DNA of 64,000 nt from Rhodospirillaceae bacterium (GTDB lineage Bacteria; Pseudomonadota; Alphaproteobacteria; SMXQ01): the NCBI GenBank assembly GCA_947474495.1, contig CANJIM010000002.1, forward strand, positions 14,978 to 78,977, given 5' to 3'. The position numbers and the translations under genes are program-made. Positions 1-8,001 of this stretch are shown piece after piece; the first letter of the stretch is position 1; each line of letters begins with the position of its first letter. The notes beneath the pieces were generated by a model. It was not told the origin of the DNA. It was given only the letters and a program-made list of their open reading frames with translations, and did not search any database.

Positions 1-17
1 GGTTATACGCGAAGGCC

Positions 18-38
18 AATTGTTATAGTATAACAATT
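18..38. promoter_or_regulatory. Perfect 21-bp AT-rich palindrome (AATTGTTATA-G-TATAACAATT); candidate operator, or bidirectional regulatory site, downstream of the transporter gene
   Basis: Read directly from the sequence: 10-bp perfect inverted arms around a single central base. It sits in an AT-rich patch at the 3-prime side of the minus-strand NicO gene. The neighbouring gene lies outside the window. Confidence 0.3.
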
Positions 39-61
39 TCTCCCTAGCGCGAAAATTGCGT

Positions 62-835
62 CTAGAACAATAAGCCTTGGGTGACGCCAATGTCCCACAG
101 GATAGACGCGCCGAGGAAGATCGTCAGCAGGCCGATGGCGGCAGTCAGGCCGGTGTAAAGGCTGCCGAGCTTGTGCGCCGTCAGGCGCAACGGCAGGCCG
201 ATGGCGAAGGACAGCACCATCATGCCGCCGATCGAGCCGATCCCGAACAGCGCGATATAGGCGATGCCGAGCCAGACCGACTCAATCGTGCCGAGGGTCA
301 GGAGGACAAGCGCGGCGGAGCCGGCCATGCCATGGACGAGGCCGACGCAGAGGGCGCGCAGCGGCAGCATGCGCTTGTGCGTATGGGAATGCGGCACATG
401 CCCATGCGGGGCCTTGGCCGCCTTGGAGTCATGCTCGTGCAGATGCAGATGCCGCTCGCTGCCATGCTGATGCGGATGGATATGCAGGCCCTGCTTCCAC
501 ATGCGACGCACGACGTCGATGCCGAGCCCGACCAGCATGATGCCGACGGCGAATTCCAGCGCATGGGCCACGGTTTCGGGGATCGTCATGCCGAGCAGCA
601 GGACCGCCGAGCCAAAGACGAACAGCGTGATGGTGTGGCCGAGCCCCCAGGCAATGCCGAAGCGCGCCGCTTCGGCCGGGCTGCTGCTGCGCGTCGCCAG
701 GCTGGCGACGGCGGCGACATGGTCGGCCTCCATCGCGTGTTTCATGCCGAACAATAGGCCGAGCAAAAGAACGGAAATCACGAACAAAACTCCCTCACCG
801 GCTTCAAAAGCGCCGGCCTCATCATAGATCTGCAA
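62..835 (-). CDS. NicO/NiCoT-family nickel/cobalt transporter with a His-rich loop (RcnA-like)
   Basis: 257-aa ORF with about 6 predicted TM segments. It carries the HAMEADH (H-x4-D-H) motif typical of the NicO/HoxN family. A long histidine-rich cytoplasmic loop (HIHPHQHGSERHLHLHEHD...HGHVPHSHTH) resembles the RcnA loop. Confidence 0.75.
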   Translation of the reverse strand: MQIYDEAGAFEAGEGVLFVISVLLLGLLFGMKHAMEADHVAAVASLATRSSSPAEAARFGIAWGLGHTITLFVFGSAVLLLGMTIPETVAHALEFAVGIMLVGLGIDVVRRMWKQGLHIHPHQHGSERHLHLHEHDSKAAKAPHGHVPHSHTHKRMLPLRALCVGLVHGMAGSAALVLLTLGTIESVWLGIAYIALFGIGSIGGMMVLSFAIGLPLRLTAHKLGSLYTGLTAAIGLLTIFLGASILWDIGVTQGLLF

Positions 836-912
836 AAAGAAGGATCGCCCGGCAACCGGGCGGTGGAATATGCCGCCATCATAATTGCGGACGGAACTTG
901 GTCAATCGATTC

Positions 913-939
913 GTATGAACTTTCCACCAAAAATCATAC
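913..939. promoter_or_regulatory. NikR-like operator candidate: GTATGA-N15-TCATAC inverted repeat upstream of the NicO transporter
   Basis: TCGTATGA at 911-918 and TCATACGA at 934-941 form an 8-bp perfect inverted repeat, about 75-100 nt upstream of the minus-strand transporter start codon. The NikR consensus in E. coli is GTATGA-N16-TCATAC; the spacing here is 15. Confidence 0.4.
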
Positions 940-1094
940 GACTCGCGGCGGCCGCTCTAGCGCTGGGCAAAACGGCCTGCCGGCACTAGCCATTGGGCCG
1001 TCTGAACGCCGTTTTTTCGTCAAATTTCAGGGGCTTAATACCTCCTCGACAGTCCCAGCCCGGCCAACCGGGTTTTGCCAGAGGCCCCGAAACC

Positions 1095-1919
1095 ATGCAA
1101 AATGATCCCTTCGGCGCGGTCGTCATCCCGACCCCGCCCGTTCATGCCCATAGCGAGCAGTCCATGCCCGACCAGACGACGAGCAAAGCCGGCGGCGCTC
1201 CCGCCCCCGCCAAAGCGCGGCGTACCATCGCCCTGGTGGACGACGATCAGAACATTCTGACCTCGGTCTCCATGTCGCTCGAAGCCGAAGGCTTCGAAGT
1301 GCGCACCTATACCGACGGCGAGCAGGCGCTCAAGGGCATCACCGACCGGCCGCCCGATGTCGCCATCCTCGACATCAAGATGCCACGCATGGACGGCATG
1401 GAATTGCTGACGCGGTTGCGCCGCCAGTCGCAGTTGCCGGTGATCTTCCTGACATCGAAGGACGACGAGTTGGATGAAGTGCTCGGCCTGCGCATGGGCG
1501 CCGACGATTACATCCGCAAGCCGTTCTCGCAGCGTCTGCTGATCGAGCGCATCCGCGCGTTAATGCGTCGCAAGGAATTGTCGGTCGAAGGCGCGGCGCC
1601 CGCCGCGCCGGGCGAGGGCGCCGTCGTGCGCGGCGATCTGCTGCTCGATCCGGCGCGTCACCTCTGTACCTGGCAGGGCAAGCCGGCGCAGCTCACCGTG
1701 ACCGAGTTTCTCATTTTGCAGTCGCTCGCCATGCGGCCAGGCCATGTGAAGAACCGCGACCAGCTGATGGACGCGGCCTATGGCGAGCATGTCTATGTCG
1801 ATGACCGCACCATCGACAGCCACATCAAGCGGCTGCGCCGCAAGCTCAAGGCGCTCGACAAGGAATTCAACCAGATCGAGACGCTCTACGGCCTCGGTTA
1901 CCGTTACAAGGACAAGTAG
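1095..1919 (+). CDS. chvI: OmpR-family response regulator ChvI
   Basis: Receiver domain (LVDDDQNIL...[12 protein letters not shown]...LTSKDDE) plus a winged-helix C-terminus (LYGLGYRY). It sits immediately upstream of a ChvG-like kinase. The start is uncertain: the first ATG at 1095 gives a ~40-aa P/A-rich extension; ATG 1164 is an alternative. The 993 ORF start is a TTG inside a hairpin and was rejected. Confidence 0.8.
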   Translation: MQNDPFGAVVIPTPPVHAHSEQSMPDQTTSKAGGAPAPAKARRTIALVDDDQNILTSVSMSLEAEGFEVRTYTDGEQALKGITDRPPDVAILDIKMPRMDGMELLTRLRRQSQLPVIFLTSKDDELDEVLGLRMGADDYIRKPFSQRLLIERIRALMRRKELSVEGAAPAAPGEGAVVRGDLLLDPARHLCTWQGKPAQLTVTEFLILQSLAMRPGHVKNRDQLMDAAYGEHVYVDDRTIDSHIKRLRRKLKALDKEFNQIETLYGLGYRYKDK

Positions 1920-1976
1920 CGGTTCATCGCGGGCCGTCTGAGTGATCGGCAGGCTCGCAAGCGGATAACGAATCGA

Positions 1977-3851
1977 TTGGCGCGACAATTGCCACGACGA
2001 TGGCCCGGCGACGATGCCGGGAATGGCGCAAGTAATCCGGGTGGCCTGCATGTCGGTCCGGATGAGGATTCTCGCGCGCGTCGCGCCGAAGATGTCACCG
2101 ACGAGATCGAGCTTTCCTCCGCGTCCGAGCCGCCCCGCCCGGAGCATGACAGCCGCACCCGCCTCGGCCGTCCGCGCGGTCAACGCCGCCGCCGGCGTGG
2201 CCTGTCGCTCACGTGGCGCATTCTTTTCGTCAACGTGATGACGCTGGCCGCCTTGGCCGGCGGCTTGCTCTATCTCGACCGCTACCGCGAAAGCCTGATC
2301 GGCTCCGAACTCTGGTCGCTCACCGTGCAGGCGCAGATCGTCGCCGAGGCGCTCGGCGAAGCGGCGGTGACGTCCGATGTCGGCGAAGGCGGCGATTATC
2401 TCACCGCCATGGCGCGGCCCTTGGTGCGCCGTCTCGCCGGTCCGCTCGGCCTGCGCGTGCGCTTGTTCGCCGCCAATGGCGATTTGATCGCTGATTCGCT
2501 CTCAAGCTCCGTGATCGGCGGCCCCGTGACGGTGCAGCCGCTGGCGCCGCCGGCCACGAGCGCGCGCGGTCCGCTCGACCTGCTGCTCGACTTCTACGAA
2601 TGGGCCATTGAGCTGATGCCCAACAAGGACAGCTATCCGCCCTACAGCGAATCCTCGCCGCCCGTCGCCGGCGATTTCGAGGAAGCCATCTACGCGCTGC
2701 GCGGCGAGCCGCGGGCCGAAGTGCATATCAACGCGCGCGACGATTTGGTTCTGTCCGCCGCCGCGCCGGTCAGCCGCTACAAACAGGTGCTCGGCGCTGT
2801 CGTCGTCACCAAGGATGGTTACGACATCGAAGACAGCCTACGCCGCGTCCGCCTCGATATCCTGCAAGTGCTTGCCATCGTCATGGCCATGTCGGTGATG
2901 GTCTCGCTCTATCTTGCCGGCACCATCGCGCGCCCGGTGCGCCGTCTCGCGGCGGCGGCCAAGCGCGTCGGCCATGGCCAGGGTCGCAAAGTCGCCATCC
3001 CGGATTTCTCGCGCCGCTCCGATGAAATCGGCGATCTCTCCGCCGCGTTGCGCGAGATGACCGACGCGTTATGGACGCGCATGGATGCCATCGAGCGCTT
3101 CGCCGCCGACGTCGCTCACGAAATCAAGAATCCGCTCACCTCGCTGCGTAGCGCCGTCGAAACGGTGGCGCGTATCGAGGATGCCGATCAGCGCCGTAAA
3201 CTGATGGCGATCATCATGGATGACGTGAAGCGGCTCGACCGTCTGATCAGCGACATTTCCGACGCCTCGCGCCTGGACGCGGAGCTGTCGCGCGCCGAAA
3301 GCGAGCCGGTCGATCTTGCCGGCATTCTCGCGGCGCTCGCCGACATCCATGCGGCGACGGTGAATGATGGAGGCCCGCGCCTGATCTACGAGCCGGCGGT
3401 CGATGCAGCCAGCGATCTCTTCGTCGAGGGCATCGAAAGTCGTCTGGTTCAGGTGTTCCGCAATCTGCTCGGCAATGCGGTCTCGTTCAGCCCGCCGAAC
3501 GGCGAGATCCGCCTGCGCGTCTGGCGCGACGGCCGCTGGATCAAGGCAACGGTCGAGGACCAGGGCCCCGGCATTCCCGAAGATAAGCGCAAGGCGATCT
3601 TCGATCGCTTTTATACCGAGCGACCCAAGGGCGAGAAGTTCGGCACCCATTCAGGTCTCGGCCTCAGCATTTCGCGCCAGATCGTCGAAGCCCATCGCGG
3701 CCGCATCTGGGCTGAGAACATCTACGACGCGCCGACCGCCGATTGCGGCGCCGTGCGCGGCGCGCGCTTCACCGTCGAATTGCCGGCGGCCACCAAAGCG
3801 CAGATCGGCAAGGCGGCCGGCAAGCCGACGCTTGGCGGCGCGGGCGATTGA
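1977..3851 (+). CDS. chvG: Sensor histidine kinase ChvG/ExoS
   Basis: Two TM segments flank a periplasmic domain, followed by HAMP, HisKA (AHEIKNPLTSL) and HATPase (GLGLSISRQIVEAHRG) domains. It follows chvI, the classic chvI-chvG-hprK synteny of alphaproteobacteria. Confidence 0.8.
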   Translation: MARQLPRRWPGDDAGNGASNPGGLHVGPDEDSRARRAEDVTDEIELSSASEPPRPEHDSRTRLGRPRGQRRRRRGLSLTWRILFVNVMTLAALAGGLLYLDRYRESLIGSELWSLTVQAQIVAEALGEAAVTSDVGEGGDYLTAMARPLVRRLAGPLGLRVRLFAANGDLIADSLSSSVIGGPVTVQPLAPPATSARGPLDLLLDFYEWAIELMPNKDSYPPYSESSPPVAGDFEEAIYALRGEPRAEVHINARDDLVLSAAAPVSRYKQVLGAVVVTKDGYDIEDSLRRVRLDILQVLAIVMAMSVMVSLYLAGTIARPVRRLAAAAKRVGHGQGRKVAIPDFSRRSDEIGDLSAALREMTDALWTRMDAIERFAADVAHEIKNPLTSLRSAVETVARIEDADQRRKLMAIIMDDVKRLDRLISDISDASRLDAELSRAESEPVDLAGILAALADIHAATVNDGGPRLIYEPAVDAASDLFVEGIESRLVQVFRNLLGNAVSFSPPNGEIRLRVWRDGRWIKATVEDQGPGIPEDKRKAIFDRFYTERPKGEKFGTHSGLGLSISRQIVEAHRGRIWAENIYDAPTADCGAVRGARFTVELPAATKAQIGKAAGKPTLGGAGD

Positions 3852-3859
3852 CGCCGATC

Positions 3860-4426
3860 ATGGCGAGAAAGCCCCAACGGCGCGCTGCGCCGAATAAATC
3901 GAAACAGGGCGACACGATCCACGCCACCTGCATCGCTTTCGGTGCACGCGGCGTGCTGCTGCTCGGGCCCTCGGGCAGCGGCAAGTCGGACTTGGCGCTG
4001 CGTGCAGTCCTGCAGGAAGGCGCCAAGCTGGTCGCCGACGACCGGGTGCGGCTGACGCGCCGGGGCGAGGGGCTCGTCGCTGCGGCGCCGCCCGAGGCGC
4101 GGGCGGCCGGGCTGCTCGGCGCCATCGAAGCCTATGGGCTTGGGATTTTGCGCTTGCCGCCGGTCCGCCGCCGCGCCCAGGTATCGCTCTGCCTGGCGGT
4201 GGCCCTCGTGCCGCCTGGCGAAGTTGAGCGGCTGCCCGGCGATTGGCATGGCGCGGGCCTTGATAATTCCGAAAAATCCGAGGGATTTGAAAGGCTTGGT
4301 GTCGCTTTGCCGCTGCTGCGGCTGGCCCCTTTCGAGGTCTCGGCCGCTCTCAAGCTCCGTCTTGCGCTGCACAATCTTCGCCTTGCGGAGGGCGGGCGCT
4401 CGGGCTCTATTAAGCGCCTCGCATGA
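3860..4426 (+). CDS. hprK: HPr kinase/phosphorylase, short alphaproteobacterial form
   Basis: P-loop GPSGSGKS with a HprK C-terminal catalytic-domain-like sequence. The ATG at 3860 lies 9 nt after the chvG stop. The stop overlaps the next gene's start by ATGA. Confidence 0.8.
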   Translation: MARKPQRRAAPNKSKQGDTIHATCIAFGARGVLLLGPSGSGKSDLALRAVLQEGAKLVADDRVRLTRRGEGLVAAAPPEARAAGLLGAIEAYGLGILRLPPVRRRAQVSLCLAVALVPPGEVERLPGDWHGAGLDNSEKSEGFERLGVALPLLRLAPFEVSAALKLRLALHNLRLAEGGRSGSIKRLA

Positions 4427-5547
4427 CCGCCCGTTCCGCCTCATCCGCCGCGCGTAAGACCAAAGCGGCTTCCGCCAAACCGACCTCCCCCGCTCAGGCC
4501 TCGGCCACCGGCAGGGCGATGCTTGCCGGTGCTCGCGCGCGAGTCGTGTTCGTCACCGGCATGTCGGGCGCCGGACGCTCCTCGGCGCTGAAGGCGCTCG
4601 AAGACATCGGCTACGAGGCGGTCGACAATTTGCCGCTCTCGCTGATCGCCGGCCTGCTCGCTCCCAAGGGGTTCGCCGGCGTCTCGCGCAAGGCGGCCCG
4701 CAGCGCGCCGCCGCTCGCCATCGGCGTCGATATCCGCACGCGCGATTTCGGTGTCGCCTCGCTGCTTGAGACGCTCGACGCCCTGATGGCGCAGAGCGAT
4801 CTCGACGCGCATCTCCTCTTTCTCGATGCCAGCGACGATGTGCTGCTGCGCCGCTATACCGAAACGCGCCGCCGCCATCCGCTCGCCATCGATCGTCCGG
4901 TGCGCGACGGCATCGCCCACGAGCGCCGCATGCTCGCCAAGCTGCGACTGCGTGCCGACCGTTTGATCGACACCAGCGATTTCGCACCGGGCGATCTGCG
5001 CCGCATCGTCGAAGGCCTCTATGGCCTCAACAAGCGCGGGCAGCTTGCCGTCTGCGTCACCTCGTTTTCCTATCGTCTGGGTGTGCCGCGCGAAGCCGAC
5101 TTGGTGTTCGATGCGCGCTTCCTGCGCAATCCGCATTACGTGCCGGCGCTCAAGCCGCATAGCGGTTTGGACAAGGATGTCGGCGCCTACGTTGCGGCCG
5201 ATGCCGGCTTTGACGAATTCTTCGACTCATTGACGCATCTTCTCGCCCTGCTGCTGCCGCGCTTCGCGCAAGAGGGCAAAAGCTACCTCACCATCGCCAT
5301 TGGCTGCACCGGTGGTCGCCACCGCTCGGTCTATGTCACAGAGCGGTTGGCTGCTTGGCTGCGACGCCAACGCTTCGATGCATCGTCCGACGTGCTGACG
5401 GTGCACCGCGATATTCTCGGCGGCGGTTCGGGCGCCGAGCCGGCCTCGCGACCAAACAAGGTGCCACGCTCGCCGCAAGCACGCCGGGGCGCGGCGAAGA
5501 CCACACGTGCCGGAAACGTCTATGCCGGGAAGACAAGGGGACGATGA
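4423..5547 (+). CDS. rapZ: RapZ/YhbJ-family P-loop ATPase (RNase adaptor-like)
   Basis: VVFVTGMSGAGRSSALKALEDIGYEAVDNLP matches the RapZ N-terminus, and the C-terminus matches a RapZ-like domain. A ~32-aa A/S-rich N-terminal extension follows if ATG 4423 is used; the alternative ATG is 4519. There is also a basic C-terminal tail. The gene overlaps both neighbours by ATGA. Confidence 0.8.
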   Translation: MTARSASSAARKTKAASAKPTSPAQASATGRAMLAGARARVVFVTGMSGAGRSSALKALEDIGYEAVDNLPLSLIAGLLAPKGFAGVSRKAARSAPPLAIGVDIRTRDFGVASLLETLDALMAQSDLDAHLLFLDASDDVLLRRYTETRRRHPLAIDRPVRDGIAHERRMLAKLRLRADRLIDTSDFAPGDLRRIVEGLYGLNKRGQLAVCVTSFSYRLGVPREADLVFDARFLRNPHYVPALKPHSGLDKDVGAYVAADAGFDEFFDSLTHLLALLLPRFAQEGKSYLTIAIGCTGGRHRSVYVTERLAAWLRRQRFDASSDVLTVHRDILGGGSGAEPASRPNKVPRSPQARRGAAKTTRAGNVYAGKTRGR

Positions 5548-5975
5548 TGATTGGATTGGTGTTGGTGACCCATGGCCGATTGGCCGAGGAATTCGTTGCC
5601 GCGCTTGAGCATGTGGTGGGACCGCAGAAGGATGTTGCGGCCATCTCGATCGGGCCCGAGGACGATATGGAGCGTCGCCGCGCCGACATCGTCGCCGCCG
5701 TCGCCAGGGTCGACAGCGGCGCCGGCGTCGTCCTGATGACCGACATGTTCGGCGGCACGCCGTCGAACCTCGCCATTTCGGTGATGAGCGAATCGAGCGT
5801 CGAGGTGGTGGCCGGCGTCAACCTGCCGATGCTGATCAAGTTCGCCAGCGTGCGCGACGGCCTGCCGCTCGGTCAGGCCGTTACCGCCGTGCAGGAAGCG
5901 GGGCGCAAATACATCAACGTCGCCTCCAGTCTGCTCGCCGACGCACCGGCGGAACGCGAGAAGAGCCGGCGATGA
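5544..5975 (+). CDS. PTS EIIA component, mannose family (EIIA-Man of the PTS-Ntr branch)
   Basis: MMIGLVLVTHGRLAEEF...H-containing N-terminus typical of the EIIA-Man fold, 143 aa. The start overlaps the rapZ stop (ATGA). Confidence 0.8.
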   Translation: MMIGLVLVTHGRLAEEFVAALEHVVGPQKDVAAISIGPEDDMERRRADIVAAVARVDSGAGVVLMTDMFGGTPSNLAISVMSESSVEVVAGVNLPMLIKFASVRDGLPLGQAVTAVQEAGRKYINVASSLLADAPAEREKSRR

Positions 5976-6295
5976 GCGAAGCGCCGATTGTCCAGCAGGA
6001 TGGCAAGCTGCAACGCAACGTCCAGGTGATCAACAAGCGCGGCTTGCATGCCCGCGCCGCGGCCAAGTTCGTCAAAACCGCCGGCGGCTTCGACGCCAAT
6101 GTGCGCGTTTCGGCCAGCAAGTGCATGGCGGTGAACGATGGCAGCAGCGTGTCGGGCCGCTCGATCATGGGCCTGATGATGCTGGCCGCCGGACCCGGCA
6201 GCGAACTCTGCATCCAAGTCGATGGCCGCCAGGCGGCGGAGGCGTTGGCCGCGCTCAGCAGCTTGGTTGAAAACCGCTTCGACGAAGAGGAATAG
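5972..6295 (+). CDS. ptsH: Phosphocarrier protein HPr/NPr
   Basis: 107 aa with the conserved active-site His region (INKRGLHARAAAKFV) and the Ser region (GSSVSGRSIMGLMML). The start overlaps the preceding stop (ATGA). Confidence 0.85.
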   Translation: MSEAPIVQQDGKLQRNVQVINKRGLHARAAAKFVKTAGGFDANVRVSASKCMAVNDGSSVSGRSIMGLMMLAAGPGSELCIQVDGRQAAEALAALSSLVENRFDEEE

Positions 6296-6328
6296 AGCGG
6301 CACTCGTTCAAGCCGCAAAGCAGCCTTA

Positions 6329-6354
6329 GCCCGTTGAAAGCACGGGCTTTTATT
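6329..6354 (+). terminator. Rho-independent terminator after ptsH
   Basis: GCCCGT-tgaaagc-ACGGGC hairpin followed by TTTTATT. Confidence 0.7.
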
Positions 6355-6495
6355 AAGCCCTGTTGTATCTCTAAACCTTTATATATAAATATAAATCTTA
6401 GCTTATATATAACCTTTCGGCGCGATACTCGCGCCGTTGCGGTTTGACCGCAATCCGCCGGTCCTTTCTGTCCCGCCCCATTCCAGGAGCCTTTC

Positions 6496-7926
6496 GTGAG
6501 CATCCAAACCTCTTCCGCGACCGCCGCCGCCCTCGCCGGCGATTACAAAGTGGCCGATTTCAGCCTCGCCGACTGGGGCCGCCGCGAGCTGAACATTGCC
6601 GAAACCGAAATGCCCGGCCTGATGGCGCTGCGCGCCGAATACGGCGACAAGAAACCGCTTAAGGGCGCGCGCATCGCCGGCTCGCTGCACATGACGATCC
6701 AGACCGCCGTGCTGATCGAAACCTTGGCGCATCTCGGCGCCGACATTCGCTGGGCCTCGTGCAACATCTTCTCGACCCAGGACCATGCTGCCGCTGCCAT
6801 CGCGGCCGCTGGCATCCCGGTCTTCGCCGTGAAGGGCGAAACCCTGGTCGATTATTGGGACTACACCCACCGGATCTTCGAATGGGCCGACGGCGGCGCG
6901 CCGAACATGATCCTCGACGACGGCGGCGACGCGACGCTGCTCGTCCATCTCGGCCTCAAGGCCGAGAGCGATCCCAAGGTGCTCGCCAATCCGGGCAACG
7001 AGGAAGAGGAAATCCTGTTCGCGGCGATCAAGCAGCGTTTGAAGGACAAGCCGGGCTTTTACAAGAAGCTCGCCGAGTCGATCCGCGGCGTGACCGAAGA
7101 GACCACGACCGGCGTGCATCGTCTCTATCAGATGGAGAAGGACGGCAAGCTGCTGTGGCCGGCCATCAACGTCAACGATTCGGTCACCAAGTCGAAGTTC
7201 GACAATCTCTATGGCTGCCGCGAAAGCCTGGTCGACGGCATCCGCCGCGCGACCGATGTCATGATGTCGGGCAAGGTCGCCGTGGTCGCCGGCTTCGGTG
7301 ACGTCGGCAAGGGCTCTGCCGCTTCGCTGCGCAGCGCCGGTGCGCGCGTGCTCGTCACCGAAATCGATCCGATCTGCGCGTTGCAGGCGGCGATGGAAGG
7401 TTATGAAGTCGTCACGATGGAAGACGCCGCACCGAAGGGCGACATCTTCGTGACCGCGACGGGCAATCTCGACGTCATCACTGTCGATCACATGCGCCTG
7501 ATGAAAGACCGCGCCATCGTCTGCAACATCGGCCACTTCGACAGCGAGATCCAAGTCGCCGGTCTGAAGAACCTGAAGTGGGAAGAAGTGAAGCCGCAGG
7601 TCGACGAGATCGAGTTCCCCGACGGCCATCGCATCATTCTTCTGGCGCAGGGCCGCCTGGTAAATCTCGGCTGCGGCACCGGTCACCCGAGCTTCGTGAT
7701 GAGCGCGTCCTTTACCAATCAGACGTTGGCTCAGCTCGAGCTGTGGACCAATCCGACGAAGTACGACAAGAAGGTCTATACCCTTCCCAAGCATCTCGAC
7801 GAAAAGGTCGCGGCGCTGCATCTCGCCAAGGTCGGCGCCAAGCTGACCAAACTGACGGCGAAACAGTCGGAATATCTCGGCATCCCGGCGACGGGCCCGT
7901 TCAAGCCCGACCAATACCGCTACTAA
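6496..7926 (+). CDS. ahcY: Adenosylhomocysteinase
   Basis: 476 aa with a GTG start preceded by AGGAG. The protein is a strong AhcY match, including the NAD-binding GFGDVGKG motif. Confidence 0.95.
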   Translation: MSIQTSSATAAALAGDYKVADFSLADWGRRELNIAETEMPGLMALRAEYGDKKPLKGARIAGSLHMTIQTAVLIETLAHLGADIRWASCNIFSTQDHAAAAIAAAGIPVFAVKGETLVDYWDYTHRIFEWADGGAPNMILDDGGDATLLVHLGLKAESDPKVLANPGNEEEEILFAAIKQRLKDKPGFYKKLAESIRGVTEETTTGVHRLYQMEKDGKLLWPAINVNDSVTKSKFDNLYGCRESLVDGIRRATDVMMSGKVAVVAGFGDVGKGSAASLRSAGARVLVTEIDPICALQAAMEGYEVVTMEDAAPKGDIFVTATGNLDVITVDHMRLMKDRAIVCNIGHFDSEIQVAGLKNLKWEEVKPQVDEIEFPDGHRIILLAQGRLVNLGCGTGHPSFVMSASFTNQTLAQLELWTNPTKYDKKVYTLPKHLDEKVAALHLAKVGAKLTKLTAKQSEYLGIPATGPFKPDQYRY

Positions 7927-7965
7927 GCCCTGGGATTTAAGTTCTCCGGGCCGCTTGTTACCGCC

Positions 7966-7992
7966 CCGGCGCGCACTTAAACTGCGCGCCGG
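7966..7992 (+). terminator. Strong GC hairpin (10-bp stem) after ahcY and immediately before the RBS of the kinase gene; terminator or attenuator
   Basis: CCGGCGCGCA-cttaaac-TGCGCGCCGG, with no U-tract. It ends 9 nt before the GGGGAG RBS of the next gene. Confidence 0.4.
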
Positions 7993-8001
7993 GGGAGCAG
8001 C

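Noticed and set aside
975-1016. Possible orphan terminator or small RNA 3-prime end between the transporter and chvI (AAAACGGC...GCCGTTTTTT)
   Set aside because: The stem encloses a 27-nt loop and there is no upstream plus-strand gene to terminate. It could be a chvI leader attenuator, but I cannot support this from sequence alone.
993-1094. Longer ChvI ORF starting at 993
   Set aside because: Position 993 is a TTG codon located inside a hairpin/T-tract element (~975-1016) that looks like a terminator or attenuator. The ATG at 1095 (or 1164) is more plausible.
863-1105. 80-aa ORF in the transporter/chvI intergenic region
   Set aside because: It runs through the AT-rich operator region and a hairpin/T-run element, has no RBS, and its product is low-complexity. 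The region is better explained as promoter and operator DNA.
6296-6495. SAH riboswitch upstream of ahcY
   Set aside because: ahcY is the classic host gene for SAH riboswitches in beta- and gamma-proteobacteria. The conserved GAGGAGCG...ACGGCGCUC pseudoknot core is not present here in the required order. The only AGGAG is the ahcY Shine-Dalgarno itself, and alphaproteobacterial ahcY loci generally lack this element. I reported the structured leader as an unexplained feature instead.
6403-7914. 503-aa ORF antisense to ahcY, and similar very long antisense or out-of-frame ORFs (e.g. 50078-53170 minus, 1030 aa opposite gltB; 48459-50075 minus; 17693-19135 minus; 19343-20542 minus; 14522-15520 minus; 22522-23649 plus)
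   Set aside because: These are typical stop-codon-poor shadow ORFs of a 65+% GC genome. They lie opposite genes with unambiguous homology, their translations are low-complexity Arg/Ala/Gly-rich, and none shows a plausible RBS or domain.
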